IMG/VR virus record: IMGVR_UViG_3300021431_000093
Location: 1-64,000 of that record
Source: a virus
Lineage: Duplodnaviria; Caudoviricetes
Length of the DNA stretch: 64,000 nt
Reading direction: 5' to 3' (one strand)
Shown: positions 54,186-64,000 of the stretch, piece after piece
How the letters are laid out: each line of letters starts with the position of its first letter
Position numbering within the stretch: position 1 is the stretch's first letter
The notes under the pieces: model-generated
Told to the model about the DNA's origin: nothing
The model's database searches: none
The model's input: the letters and a program-made list of their open reading frames with translations, nothing else
Translations under genes and position numbers: made by a program

Positions 54186-54641
54186 TTACTTAATCATTTG
54201 CAGACATTTAACATCTGCCTTTGTTATCTCAAGTAATTTTCTACATGGTTCTAAATTATATGTACTAAAATATATACCTAAACACTTTACAATTTCATCA
54301 GCTCTTGCATGCTTATAAAACAATGCTTTATCTTCTGGTTTATATTGTAATATTTGATTTAATAAAGCAGATAAGGTTGTAACTATCGTTTTAGGATCAG
54401 TTAATGTATTCTCATCCGACTTCATTATATTAATGTATAATTTACTCTTTTTATTATTATATGATACTCTTAATTTCTCATAGAATTTTAAAATATCTAA
54501 TGAACGGTTATCATTAATTTTCTTAAGTGCTTCAAGAGGTATTGTTGATGATCTTAAAACTAAATTTAATTCATTATTAACATCAATACCTTTATTTTGT
54601 AATTCTGTTAAGAGTAATATTATATCACTTCTTGCTATCAT
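54186..54641 (-). CDS. hypothetical protein between portal and protease
   Basis: 151-aa ORF, GAAAGGA SD. Confidence 0.75.
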   Translation of the reverse strand: MIARSDIILLLTELQNKGIDVNNELNLVLRSSTIPLEALKKINDNRSLDILKFYEKLRVSYNNKKSKLYINIMKSDENTLTDPKTIVTTLSALLNQILQYKPEDKALFYKHARADEIVKCLGIYFSTYNLEPCRKLLEITKADVKCLQMIK

Positions 54642-54673
54642 GTCATTCCTTTCTTGATAAAATCAACTAAAGA

Positions 54674-56572
54674 CTATTTAACATTATTAAATGAAACTCC
54701 TAATTGATCAAAACTTGGCAAATCATTAGCTTCATTTAATAAATCTCCTGTTCCTGAATAGAAACTTTCCTCTGGAGCCTCTGGAGCTTCCATTGGTTCA
54801 GATTCAATTTCACCACCTAAATCTTCTGGCTCTGGTAAATCTAAATCACCACTACCTCCAAAGTCACCTCCAAAATCATCACCACCTAAATCAAGTTCAT
54901 CAGAACCTGTTGATTTCTCTTCCTCTTCAGTAGTACTTAACTTATCTATCTCATCTTGGATAAATCCAATTACTTCTGTATTTGTAATTGCATTGGATAA
55001 TAATGATTTGAGAATTTCAAGTTTTGTTTGTCTATCTTCAATCTCATCTAATAAACTCATAATTTCACGAATATTATTGATAGATTGTGACATATTTTCC
55101 TTACGGTCTTTTTCTTCTTGAGTTGTAGGAGACTGCATATGTAAATCAAACTTATTAATATAATCAGCTAAACCTCTGTCTAAAAGTATAAGGTTAACTG
55201 CATCAGTTATCATCTGAATATATGCATTTTGACCCCTCTTGACTCTTTTTGCATAGTTACTTGAAATTAATGATAATGAAGTACCACCATTAAAACCAGC
55301 AGCATCATCAGTATCACCAAGGTATTGTTTAGGAATACCTAATGATCCAAATAATTTATTCTTCCAATAATCAAGGTCAATTAAATCGCCTACATTAACA
55401 TCGCCACCTATTTGAGATGTCTCTACTCTTCCCTTACCTTCATGAACAGGGAAATAAAGTACATTTTCAACAGGTCCCGTATTAGTATAATCTTGCATCG
55501 ATGTTCCAAGATTATATGCTGACTTCTGTTCAACCATTGCTTTAATTCTTCTCAATAATGTTTGAACTTCAGTCTTACCCATATCACCTACTTCAACATT
55601 GATAGTTCTTATAATAGATGATTTTGTAAGTCTATTTAATAATACTGAATTTTCAAGGAGTGATAATTCTCTCCACACTTTAAAAGAATTATAAAGAATT
55701 GACTGACCTCTCTTAACATTGAATGTGAGTAAATCTGAACTAAGGTCTGATTTATTTTCAATATCTGTAGATAAAGTTACTTCCTCTGTAGTTCTATCTG
55801 AATTATCTTCCAAAGAAGCGTGAACGAATTCAGTAGCACCATAAATATCAATATCATTATTATTAAATCTATATAAATATTGATTATTAATTACTGGTGT
55901 TTTCTGATCCTTCATATAATTCTGGAGTACACCAACATGCGTTCTAATATATGCACATGTCTTACCAAACTTAACTAAATCAAATACATCAGCAGGATTT
56001 TTGACTATTTCAGCATATTCTGCATATCTGTCATTCTTTGAATAAATCTTTAAAATTAAATCTTCATTCATCTCTGTTGACTCATTTAATTTAGATTTAT
56101 CATTCTTTTCTTTTAACTTGTCAAAATCAAATTCAGATTTTCTATATAACTTTAAATAAATATCTCCATATTTATATAATGCATACATATGACCATAAGC
56201 ATTTTTATCTATGTTCATAGCATCCAAAATCTGATTAACAGCATTAGTTATCTTTTCATTATTAGATGTACACCACATAACTTTACCTTGTTCATTAGGT
56301 TCTGTTGAATCTGATGTATAAATTTCCAATGCAGTAGAGATGATTGGGTCTTCTGCCATAAGGTCTAATAAAGCATAAACTTCATCTCTTGACCTTGATA
56401 TACTAGTAAAAGAATTAATAGCTGATATATCTATCGTACCATTTTCCTGTGAATCAATGATATTATCGTAAATATGATTATTTGTATCAATATCATTAAT
56501 CTTATCAGGAAGTGGTATGGATACTGTCTTATTTACATAATCAATATTTTTAAATACTTCTTGATCAGCCAT
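54674..56572 (-). CDS. portal protein, T4 gp20-like
   Basis: DPIISTALEIY, KYGD, LLENSVLLNR...VEVGDM, DLDYWKNKLFGSLGIPKQYL. Confidence 0.9.
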   Translation of the reverse strand: MADQEVFKNIDYVNKTVSIPLPDKINDIDTNNHIYDNIIDSQENGTIDISAINSFTSISRSRDEVYALLDLMAEDPIISTALEIYTSDSTEPNEQGKVMWCTSNNEKITNAVNQILDAMNIDKNAYGHMYALYKYGDIYLKLYRKSEFDFDKLKEKNDKSKLNESTEMNEDLILKIYSKNDRYAEYAEIVKNPADVFDLVKFGKTCAYIRTHVGVLQNYMKDQKTPVINNQYLYRFNNNDIDIYGATEFVHASLEDNSDRTTEEVTLSTDIENKSDLSSDLLTFNVKRGQSILYNSFKVWRELSLLENSVLLNRLTKSSIIRTINVEVGDMGKTEVQTLLRRIKAMVEQKSAYNLGTSMQDYTNTGPVENVLYFPVHEGKGRVETSQIGGDVNVGDLIDLDYWKNKLFGSLGIPKQYLGDTDDAAGFNGGTSLSLISSNYAKRVKRGQNAYIQMITDAVNLILLDRGLADYINKFDLHMQSPTTQEEKDRKENMSQSINNIREIMSLLDEIEDRQTKLEILKSLLSNAITNTEVIGFIQDEIDKLSTTEEEEKSTGSDELDLGGDDFGGDFGGSGDLDLPEPEDLGGEIESEPMEAPEAPEESFYSGTGDLLNEANDLPSFDQLGVSFNNVK

Positions 56573-56581
56573 GTCCTCTCC

Positions 56582-58594
56582 TTATCAATTCAATATTCCA
56601 TCGTATATATCCAATGACAAATCATCTGAATTAAATGTATTGAATATATTTTGATCCTGTTTACTTATATAAGATGGTTTTTGTTTTAATGATTCTTCAA
56701 ATTGTTGTATATAACTTTGCATATCATCATTATTACTACCATTAAAATCAATCATTGCTTCAAGTGTTTCACCATAATCATATGAAAACTCTTCAGCATG
56801 AAGTGAAGCATTATACAATGCTCCACAGACTCCATCAGCAGAGTCTTTACTGTTTATACCTGAAGGATCATGGTCAACTTTACCATTGTTATTATTCCTC
56901 TTTAATCCTACAAGCTCTTCTGTTAATAGATTAATACCCTTACGAGGCAACTTTAACCTTTTCTCATATATGCAATTCTTTAAAAATGCATATGGTTCAC
57001 AGATACCATTATTAGTTCTATCTACAGATAATATACTATAATTATATCCTTTTGCTAAAAGGTCTTGTTCAACACCTGATCGTGCAAATGTATCTGATGT
57101 TATACCTTTAATTTTTAATCCTTGTTCCTTAAGTCAATAAATAAAATTCCTTGTTTTCTCAAAACTAACCTGTTGACCCCTAGGAGCTTTTATAGAAACA
57201 ACAAATCCAAGTTGAAAATACATCTCTGGTTGAACTTTTGTTTTTTCTTCACTACTTTCACTGCCGTGTAATTTCATCCCATCTATGAATATACCACCTA
57301 TACCGGTTTTATCTCCCGTTAATGACATATCTAAATGGATGAATAATGGTTTATTTTTAACTGATTCAGGTATCTTATCTATATCAAAGAAATCATATAA
57401 TTCCTCTTGATCATTAGTACCTAATTCAACTATTTCCTTAGTGAATGGATTGACAAATGATTCTGTTTTGCACTGAGTTATCTTTTCACCTGAAATATAA
57501 TTACTAGTACTTGATGTTGATATACCTGCGATGTCAGTAAGTGCAATATCTATATCATCAAGGAAATTTTCATAATATCCTATAGGTACATCAAGTAACC
57601 TAAATCCTCTTTCAATATAGTGTTGACATTCATCTTCAGTTATATCTGGAGGTAACACCTCTGAAGGCAAAAATTTATTACCAATTGCTATTTTAAATGT
57701 TCTATCAGAAGCTTTATCAGTTCTAATAATCCATTGAGGTTCATCTATAATAATTGTAGTCTTACTTTCATTCCTCTTCTTATTTTCTATCCATGTTTCC
57801 AAGAATGATTGTTCAGTTCTTTTTGATGATGCTAAAACAAGAATTGTAGGATTTGAAGTACCTCTCATAAAACGAGATTGCATACGAGCAGTAGCTGATG
57901 AAACTAATTCAGTTGCTTTCTGTTTCTGCTTTTCAACATCTTGATTAGGTATAAATGAAATTTCATCAAAGAATGCCCAGAAAAGAGCTCTACCTATAAA
58001 GTGTCTAGGTTGTGAACCACATATTAATTCTATATTGCTATCAGGATTTGGATATCATTCAGGATTATTTGATTTTGTAATAGTGCCGTGGTGCATAAAT
58101 CACTCTGATTCCTGAATCATATTCTGTAATTTACTTCATGCTACACCTTGAGCAGCATCTATAGTTATATTAATAACAGCAAATGAAATAACATCAGTCG
58201 ACATTATTCCATAATAAACTGCAGGATTTTTTAAACATAGCATTCTATATAGTTCATAAAGACCTATAATAACTGCTTCTGTAGATTTACCTATACCAAT
58301 TGCACCTGTTAGTGCTAATGTATTACACACTGCTGGTTGTAAAGGATCAGGATAAATCTTTTTAAGTAACTCTTCCCAATACGGAAATAATGTAAATTTA
58401 CCTTCAGCATTCATCAATCCACGACCTAAATAATATTGATCGTGGATAAATGTTTCTATATCTACAGGAATTTCTTTTCAGTCCTCATTTAAAATACTAT
58501 CCATTGTACTTGAAGTACCTTCACTGGACATCTCATTTAATATTTTAAGGACTGCTTCCCGTTCTTGTTGTGTTAAATTTTCTAAATTAGACAT
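56582..58594 (-). CDS. terL: terminase large subunit (670 aa, TGA=Trp)
   Basis: GAIGIGKS Walker A, FFDEI Walker B, HLDMS nuclease, DH...SKDSADG; three track ORFs share one frame. Confidence 0.9.
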
Positions 58595-58616
58595 AATCTA
58601 CTTTTAATTTTAATAT

Positions 58617-59621
58617 TTATCTTTTTTCAATAGTTAATGGTATTCTGGTAAATGAACTATATGTTGAACTTGTACTATTATTATATCCTACAATTAATAC
58701 TATATAATCAGCAATTAATGAATCAGAATCACTATTAAATTCTAAATTACTGAATGTAAATTCAAGTTTCACTTCATCATTTTCAGTAAATGATCTACTC
58801 TTACTTAAATACATATACTCACCTGTAGAATCTACTTTAATAATGACTATTTTACCATCAGTAATAGCTTTTGAAATTTCAGAGAAATCAACATCTAATA
58901 TAGGTTCTCCACCAGTAATGGTCATTGTAACCAATAATACTTCTGAAGGTAAATCAATCATCTTTCATACTTGATTTTCTACACCAAGTACTTTACCATC
59001 AAATCCTACTTCCATATCAGGTAAACTATTAACTTTAATATTAATATCCTTATTTTCAGATTGATTAGCACTAAATGTACCTATAGGTTTATCATTTTGT
59101 TTAATAGTTAATATTCCATCATTTGGAGTTGTACCATGTTTAACAGATATTATATTATCTTCAAGATTAATACCTTCACCTGCTGTAAGATTGTCTTGTT
59201 TTGAATCTAATAAACTTTCAATATCAGCTATATTAGTTTCAACTGTATCAATTCTATCATTAACTGGTACTAATGCATCACCAACTTCTGGTAATGTTAC
59301 ATAAGGAATAAATAATCCTTCACTTGAAGTATCACCATTACCATCATTAACTAATTGAGATGTATGTGTAGGACCATCTATAACTAAATCACCCTCACTA
59401 TCCTCTTCGATTGTTATATTTTTACCGGGAGTTAATTTATCCTGCTTTCTAAGGTATTTGGTACTTAATTCACTTACTGATCTTTTAATTAATCCAAATA
59501 AATTCATTAAATCAGTTTGCTTTTCAATATCACCCTTTAATTTACCTCAGAATGTTACATACTCAACTGAATCATTTTCTGTAATATTCGCTGTCAACTT
59601 CGTGTCTTTAATTTCAGTCAT
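58617..59621 (-). CDS. fibre-like virion protein (334 aa, TGA=Trp)
   Basis: F[W]GKLKGDIEKQTDL, KQDKLTPGKNITI, KQDNLTAGEGI, GKVLGV...[W]. Confidence 0.75.
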
Positions 59622-59633
59622 CTATATCTCTCC

Positions 59634-60008
59634 CTAGTCTATTATATTAAATCTTGTCTTTTGTAAAGCAGTGTCTATATGAGAAACTCCTGCTTCATCT
59701 TTATATAACACTTTAATCTGATAATAATATGTACCCGGTACTAATTCAATTGTGTCTTCAGGATTAAGAACAACCTTAAGTGTACCACCCTCTATATCAT
59801 AGTCATCATAACCTAACTCTTTTTTAAGAATTGCCTTTTCAAAAGGTTGATTAGGTTCCATTAAACCAAAAAATACAATATCTCCCTTTTGAATTTCATA
59901 ATAAGTTTCATTTGGAAATTTTCCAGATTTTAACTCTATCTTTAAACTGAGGTAATCACCTCTGTTCATTGTTATGACTTTATCTTTTCTAATTAAATAC
60001 AAACTCAT
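59634..60008 (-). CDS. BppU-like virion protein
   Basis: ITMNRGD...LNPEDT...PGTYYYQIK. Confidence 0.7.
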   Translation of the reverse strand: MSLYLIRKDKVITMNRGDYLSLKIELKSGKFPNETYYEIQKGDIVFFGLMEPNQPFEKAILKKELGYDDYDIEGGTLKVVLNPEDTIELVPGTYYYQIKVLYKDEAGVSHIDTALQKTRFNIID

Positions 60009-60024
60009 ATATTTACCTCATATA

Positions 60025-60035
60025 TAAATTTAGCA
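60025..60035 (-). promoter_or_regulatory. putative late promoter
   Basis: TGCTAAATTTA followed by GAGGT SD. Confidence 0.6.
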
Positions 60036-60038
60036 GTT

Positions 60039-60719
60039 TTAAAAAAATCTACTGTCAGTTGGATCAAACTTATCACCACCACCTCTTATTCTTCTTATTA
60101 TACTGATAGATGATATTTCATTTGATTTTGTTAAACTACTATTACCTTTATTTCATGTTGAATACTGATCATCCAAGAAGTGAGATCGATCATATGCAGG
60201 TAAATTTGTTTTCATATCCATACTGTCAAGTAATTTCTTACATTTTTCATTGAATACTCAATCTTCATATCCAGTACCTTGCTCAGGATCTACTGATAAA
60301 TCATAATTAACTCTATCAAATCCCCTACGAGAAATACAACTAAAATTATTTAAATAATTTTTAACATAATAATACTCTTTTTTGGTACTTTCAATAATTG
60401 ATATATAATTATCATATTCACTTTGATCTTCTGATAATTCCATATCATCATCAAGCATTATCATATAATCATACACAGAATTTAAAAAATGTTTTCTTAA
60501 AATTATTCTTGCTCCTGTTATTCCTAATTTATTATAATTAAATACAGCAATATTACCTTGTTCAACTTTAAATTCTTTTCAATTTTGAGCTACCATGATT
60601 ATTGGTAATTTGAAATGATTATTTAGTTGTCTTAATAATTTTTTTAATCTATCTATTCTTACTGACCTGCTACTAGAATCATCAGGTAAATAACTTACTA
60701 TTCCTATACATATTTTCAT
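60039..60719 (-). CDS. GT-A glycosyltransferase (TGA=Trp), paralog of 62020-62655
   Basis: MKICIGIVSY...AQN[W]...LGITGAR..LR..FLNS.YDYMIMLDDD...GYED[W]. Confidence 0.8.
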
Positions 60720-60721
60720 AA

Positions 60722-61354
60722 TTATACCTTTTTAAGATGTTCTCAATTTCAAGATATACTTCCTTCACGAGGGTAATTATAATGATAAGCATGAATACAT
60801 AATCTTGTAAATTTAGGTTTTAATTTCTCTACATCCCTCATCATAAATCAATCTTCAGCCCGCCTATATGTTGGATTAATCTCTATATTATTATTTCTTA
60901 AATACTTTAATTGTATAAAATATCTTCAGGTAGCATTACATGACATTGACATACATATAGAACCTGAATTATCATCATGATCAAGTATGAGTATCTCGTC
61001 ATCGTCATGTCTTTCATACAACTTATCTATAATAATAGAATAATTATCAGTATATACATAATCATCACTATCTATTGTTGAAATATATTTACCTGATGCT
61101 TTTTTATACATTAAATTTTTAGTATATCCAACTCCCATGTTAGACTCATTTCTCATCAGTATAAAATTTCCAAATTTATTAGCATTAATATGATATCATT
61201 TATTTAAAATAATCCAACTATTATCATTACTAAAATCATCACAGCATATAAGTTCAATATCACTTCTTTTAGGTATAGAATCCAAACACCTTACGAGTGT
61301 ATCTTGTACATTATATACAGGAACTACTATAGTTAAAATTATTACGTTTTCCAT
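60722..61354 (-). CDS. family 2 glycosyltransferase (TGA=Trp)
   Basis: TIVVPVYN...CLDS...DDFSNDNS...GKYISTIDSDD...AED[W]. Confidence 0.9.
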
Positions 61355-61356
61355 AC

Positions 61357-62019
61357 CTATGAAATCACTCCTCTCCTATTCACATCAATATGAATTCCTT
61401 CAGATTCAAAAAACTCAATTGCTTCTTTTGTTCATTTACCTCTGAATATTGCCCATATATCACCTGTATATTTATGACCTCAATCTATTATTCAGTCATT
61501 TAATGAATAATATTCATATTTTTTGCAATTATTCATTAATTCAAATGTTCATGGATCAGTAGCTACATTGATAACATCAAGTAAACTTGGTTTAAATCAA
61601 AGCTGACACATCATACTTGTTTTATATAGACCATTTACTGATCTTTTACTTAATGTATTATTTATAAATTCATCATTATGATCAAATGACTTTTCAAAAT
61701 TTACTGCTGCAATATTATCAATTGATTTCATAAACAACTCTAATTCATTAATATAATTAGAATTAACTTTTTTTCTTATAAATATATCATCGCACATAAG
61801 AAGTATATAATCATCATCAATTAATTTGACAGTGTTTCATATTCTCCTTGTTCATAAATTTAAATCTAAATTGAATTTTATTGTTCTATAATAAGGATTA
61901 GATAATGTCTCTGTTGAATAAATTATTTCAGGATGATCTGGTCAGTACTTCTCAATACAATGATAAAATAACTCTCATAAATCATTATTCTTGTCACAAC
62001 TACATACAAGTATTTTCAT
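61357..62019 (-). CDS. putative glycosyltransferase (TGA=Trp)
   Basis: ILVCSCD...L[W]...KY[W]PD...YILLMCDDIF...DP[W]TFE...IFRGK[W]. Confidence 0.7.
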
Positions 62020-62655
62020 TTATAACTCCTTTATCATTGCTCTTGTTCTGTCACCTATATCATGTTTATTAAATTGTTTATGATATCATGTTGAATTAGG
62101 ATCATTAGCTGAATCAGATACATCATTTAATGTATTTCTTATAAATAAAAATTTATTTTCAGGATACAGTTTATTCAATAACATTATTAAATACATGTCT
62201 TCAAAGAAATCACCATTTTCTGCTTCACCTTCAGGATAATCAACTTCTCTAAACATATCCTTTGATATAGCAAATAATTTCAATAATTGTGATTTATAAA
62301 TTCCATATCATTTACCAGGATGATTTTCTATTTGATCAAGGTACAAAGAAGCATCTGAACGAATTCCAACAAGTTTAGCATCATCATCTAACATAATAAT
62401 GTAATCAAAATCTGAATTAAGAAATTTATTCCTTAATTCTTTTCTAGCACCTGTTATACCTAATTTATCATAATAAAATGGAATTACATTATCATAATTT
62501 ACAGTAAAATCATTTCAATTCTGAGCAATTATCAGTATTGGTAAATTAAATAACCTATTACAATCAAGTATAGTTTTATTTAATCTATCAATTCTAATAT
62601 TTCTTAATTCTTTATCATCAGGAAAATAACTAATGATACCTATACATATCTTCAT
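62020..62655 (-). CDS. GT-A glycosyltransferase (TGA=Trp), paralog of 60039-60719
   Basis: MKICIGIISY...AQN[W]...LGITGARKELRNKFLNSDFDYIIMLDDD...FFED. Confidence 0.8.
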
Positions 62656-62667
62656 ATAATAATATAT

Positions 62668-62696
62668 AAAAAAAAAGGATTAATTAATAATCCTTT
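62668..62696 (-). terminator. terminator after the fibre gene
   Basis: AAAGGATT...AATCCTTT stem with T-run on the minus strand. Confidence 0.6.
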
Positions 62697-63637
62697 ACCA
62701 TAACTGTTAATGCTGTAGAAGTAGCAGCATCACTATAAAATGTAATAGTATTTGCTGAAGTATCAGCTCTATAGATATGCGATCATGCTTCTGTATATGT
62801 TGCCACATTTGCTGCTGTATCAATGTAAACATCTACAACAGGATTACTATTTGCTGTAACACCTGATACTGTAACAGCTTTTGATCCAGCTGCCGTAAAT
62901 ACAGGTAAAGTACATGTAGTGTATTTTGTAGCAGCTGAAGCTGTAATAGTTGTATTTGTAACTCCAGTTACATGACCTGTAGCATCTACAGTAATTTTAG
63001 GTACTGCCGTAGCACTTCCATATGTACCAGCAGTAACTCCTGAATTAGCATGTGATATTGTTCATGTACCTGAACCTGTTACAGCTGTACTACTTCCACC
63101 TGAAATTGGTGATGTTGTCTTAACTGTTATAGATGTTACTGTACCTGTATTTGATGTTTTACTATTTCAAGTGTACTTCTCACCAGTTGTTACTAATGAA
63201 ACATCTGTACCACCACTAGCTGCTGTTTTACTTGAATATGTAGTATTAGGTGGAGTCGTAAATATATAAGTTGATCCACCAGCTGTAAGTTGATATTTTG
63301 TACTTGCTGCTAATGTTATAGCATTAGTACCAGTACTTGTTGCTATTGATAATGAATGGGTATGATTACCTGCAGCTGCTGTTGATGCAGTAGTACCAAT
63401 TGCCAAATTCGACTTATTATTTCAAGTGTATTTTTCACCTGTAGTAACAAGTGATACTTCAGTACCTCCCGAAGCAGCAGTTTTAGAAGTATAAGTAGTA
63501 TCAGTAAATTTCGCATTTGCTGGAACAGCAGTTAAAACAGTAAGATTATTAACCTTATCTGAATTAGTAGCAGTTCCATATATTTTACCTGTAACTCGTA
63601 AATCTCCAGTTACGAGACTGTCTTTTAATTGAGCCAT
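62684..63637 (-). CDS. Thr/Ser/Ala-rich tail fibre protein (317 aa, TGA=Trp)
   Basis: Duplicated SKTAASGGTxVSLVTTGEKYT[W]N; VPANAKFTDT; SGVTAGTYG...ITVDATGHVT. Confidence 0.85.
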
Positions 63638-63654
63638 AATATATTATACACTCC

Positions 63655-64000
63655 TTACTTCTCTATAAAATTATCTGCTGAAATAAAATCTTTTCCAATT
63701 TTTGCGTTATAATATTGTGATGGCGTAATTTTAAAATTTGTTACATCAATTCTTCCAGTTCCATCAGAATAATCACATCTAAATCCAACATGTGATTTTG
63801 AATAAGTATTAAACCATGATGCTGGTATTATTGTTGTTACATCATAATGATGCGTACCTGCGGTAAGTGCTCTTGTTGCATTTATAGCAAAACTTGATTG
63901 CAATGCGCTGCATACATAATTTGTTCCAGCTCATTTTCATGTTGAATCCGTTTTATCATATTGACTTCCTTGTCATCATATTCCTTTAAATGTTCCGCCG
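63655..64000 (-). CDS. C-terminal part of a tail fibre protein (partial, TGA=Trp)
   Basis: frame open to the window edge under code 4; ends ISADNFIEK*. Confidence 0.7.

Noticed and set aside
22896-64000. Widespread pseudogenisation, as in a decayed prophage
   Set aside because: The interruptions checked are all in-frame TGA at Trp positions, with no frameshifts or TAA/TAG breaks. This is recoding, not decay.
1-64000. Suppressor tRNA-Trp(UCA) or other tRNAs
   Set aside because: I found no cloverleaf or intergenic T-loop (GTTCGA) signature by eye. tRNAscan-SE on the whole genome is needed.
1-64000. TAG-to-Gln (code 15) or TGA-to-Gly (code 25) recoding
   Set aside because: TAG ends many genes cleanly, and TGA alternates with TGG in equivalent repeat positions.
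1-64000. Mycoplasma or Spiroplasma host explaining code 4
   Set aside because: Disfavoured rather than excluded: two CHAP hydrolases, SH3b-like repeats and a holin imply a peptidoglycan wall, and early genes avoid TGA.

Overview
This window is 64 kb of an AT-rich myovirus-type phage genome. Essentially all genes are on the minus strand. Most long genes appear broken in the supplied code-11 ORF track because the phage reads TGA as Trp (genetic code 4). Reading through TGA joins the fragments in frame into complete genes, and every gene end I checked is TAA or TAG. In transcription order (right to left) the window holds: tail-fibre genes; four glycosyltransferases; terminase, portal, prohead protease/scaffold and T4 gp23-like major capsid protein; neck, sheath, tube, tape measure and baseplate genes; a tail CHAP hydrolase and fibre genes; a SNF2 helicase; small early genes; a sigma-like protein; a replication module (initiator with iterons, DnaC-like loader, DnaB, DnaG, gp32-like SSB, family A polymerase, beta clamp); a duplicated glycosyltransferase module; RecU-like and Cas4-like nucleases; a cassette of small fibre-tip-like genes; holin and endolysin; and more small early genes. 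The most notable observations are: (1) TGA-Trp codons are nearly absent from early, core replication and capsid genes but abundant in tail and lysis genes, suggesting time-gated recoding in a walled, standard-code host; (2) a 1002-aa endolysin, hidden by eight TGA codons, fuses CHAP, six SH3-like repeats and a metallophosphoesterase domain; (3) there are two separate glycosyltransferase systems, one next to the replisome genes with candidate clamp-binding motifs and one among late virion genes; (4) two promoter classes are visible. I found no tRNA, release factor, CRISPR array or reverse transcriptase by eye. All product calls rest on motif recognition, not database searches.
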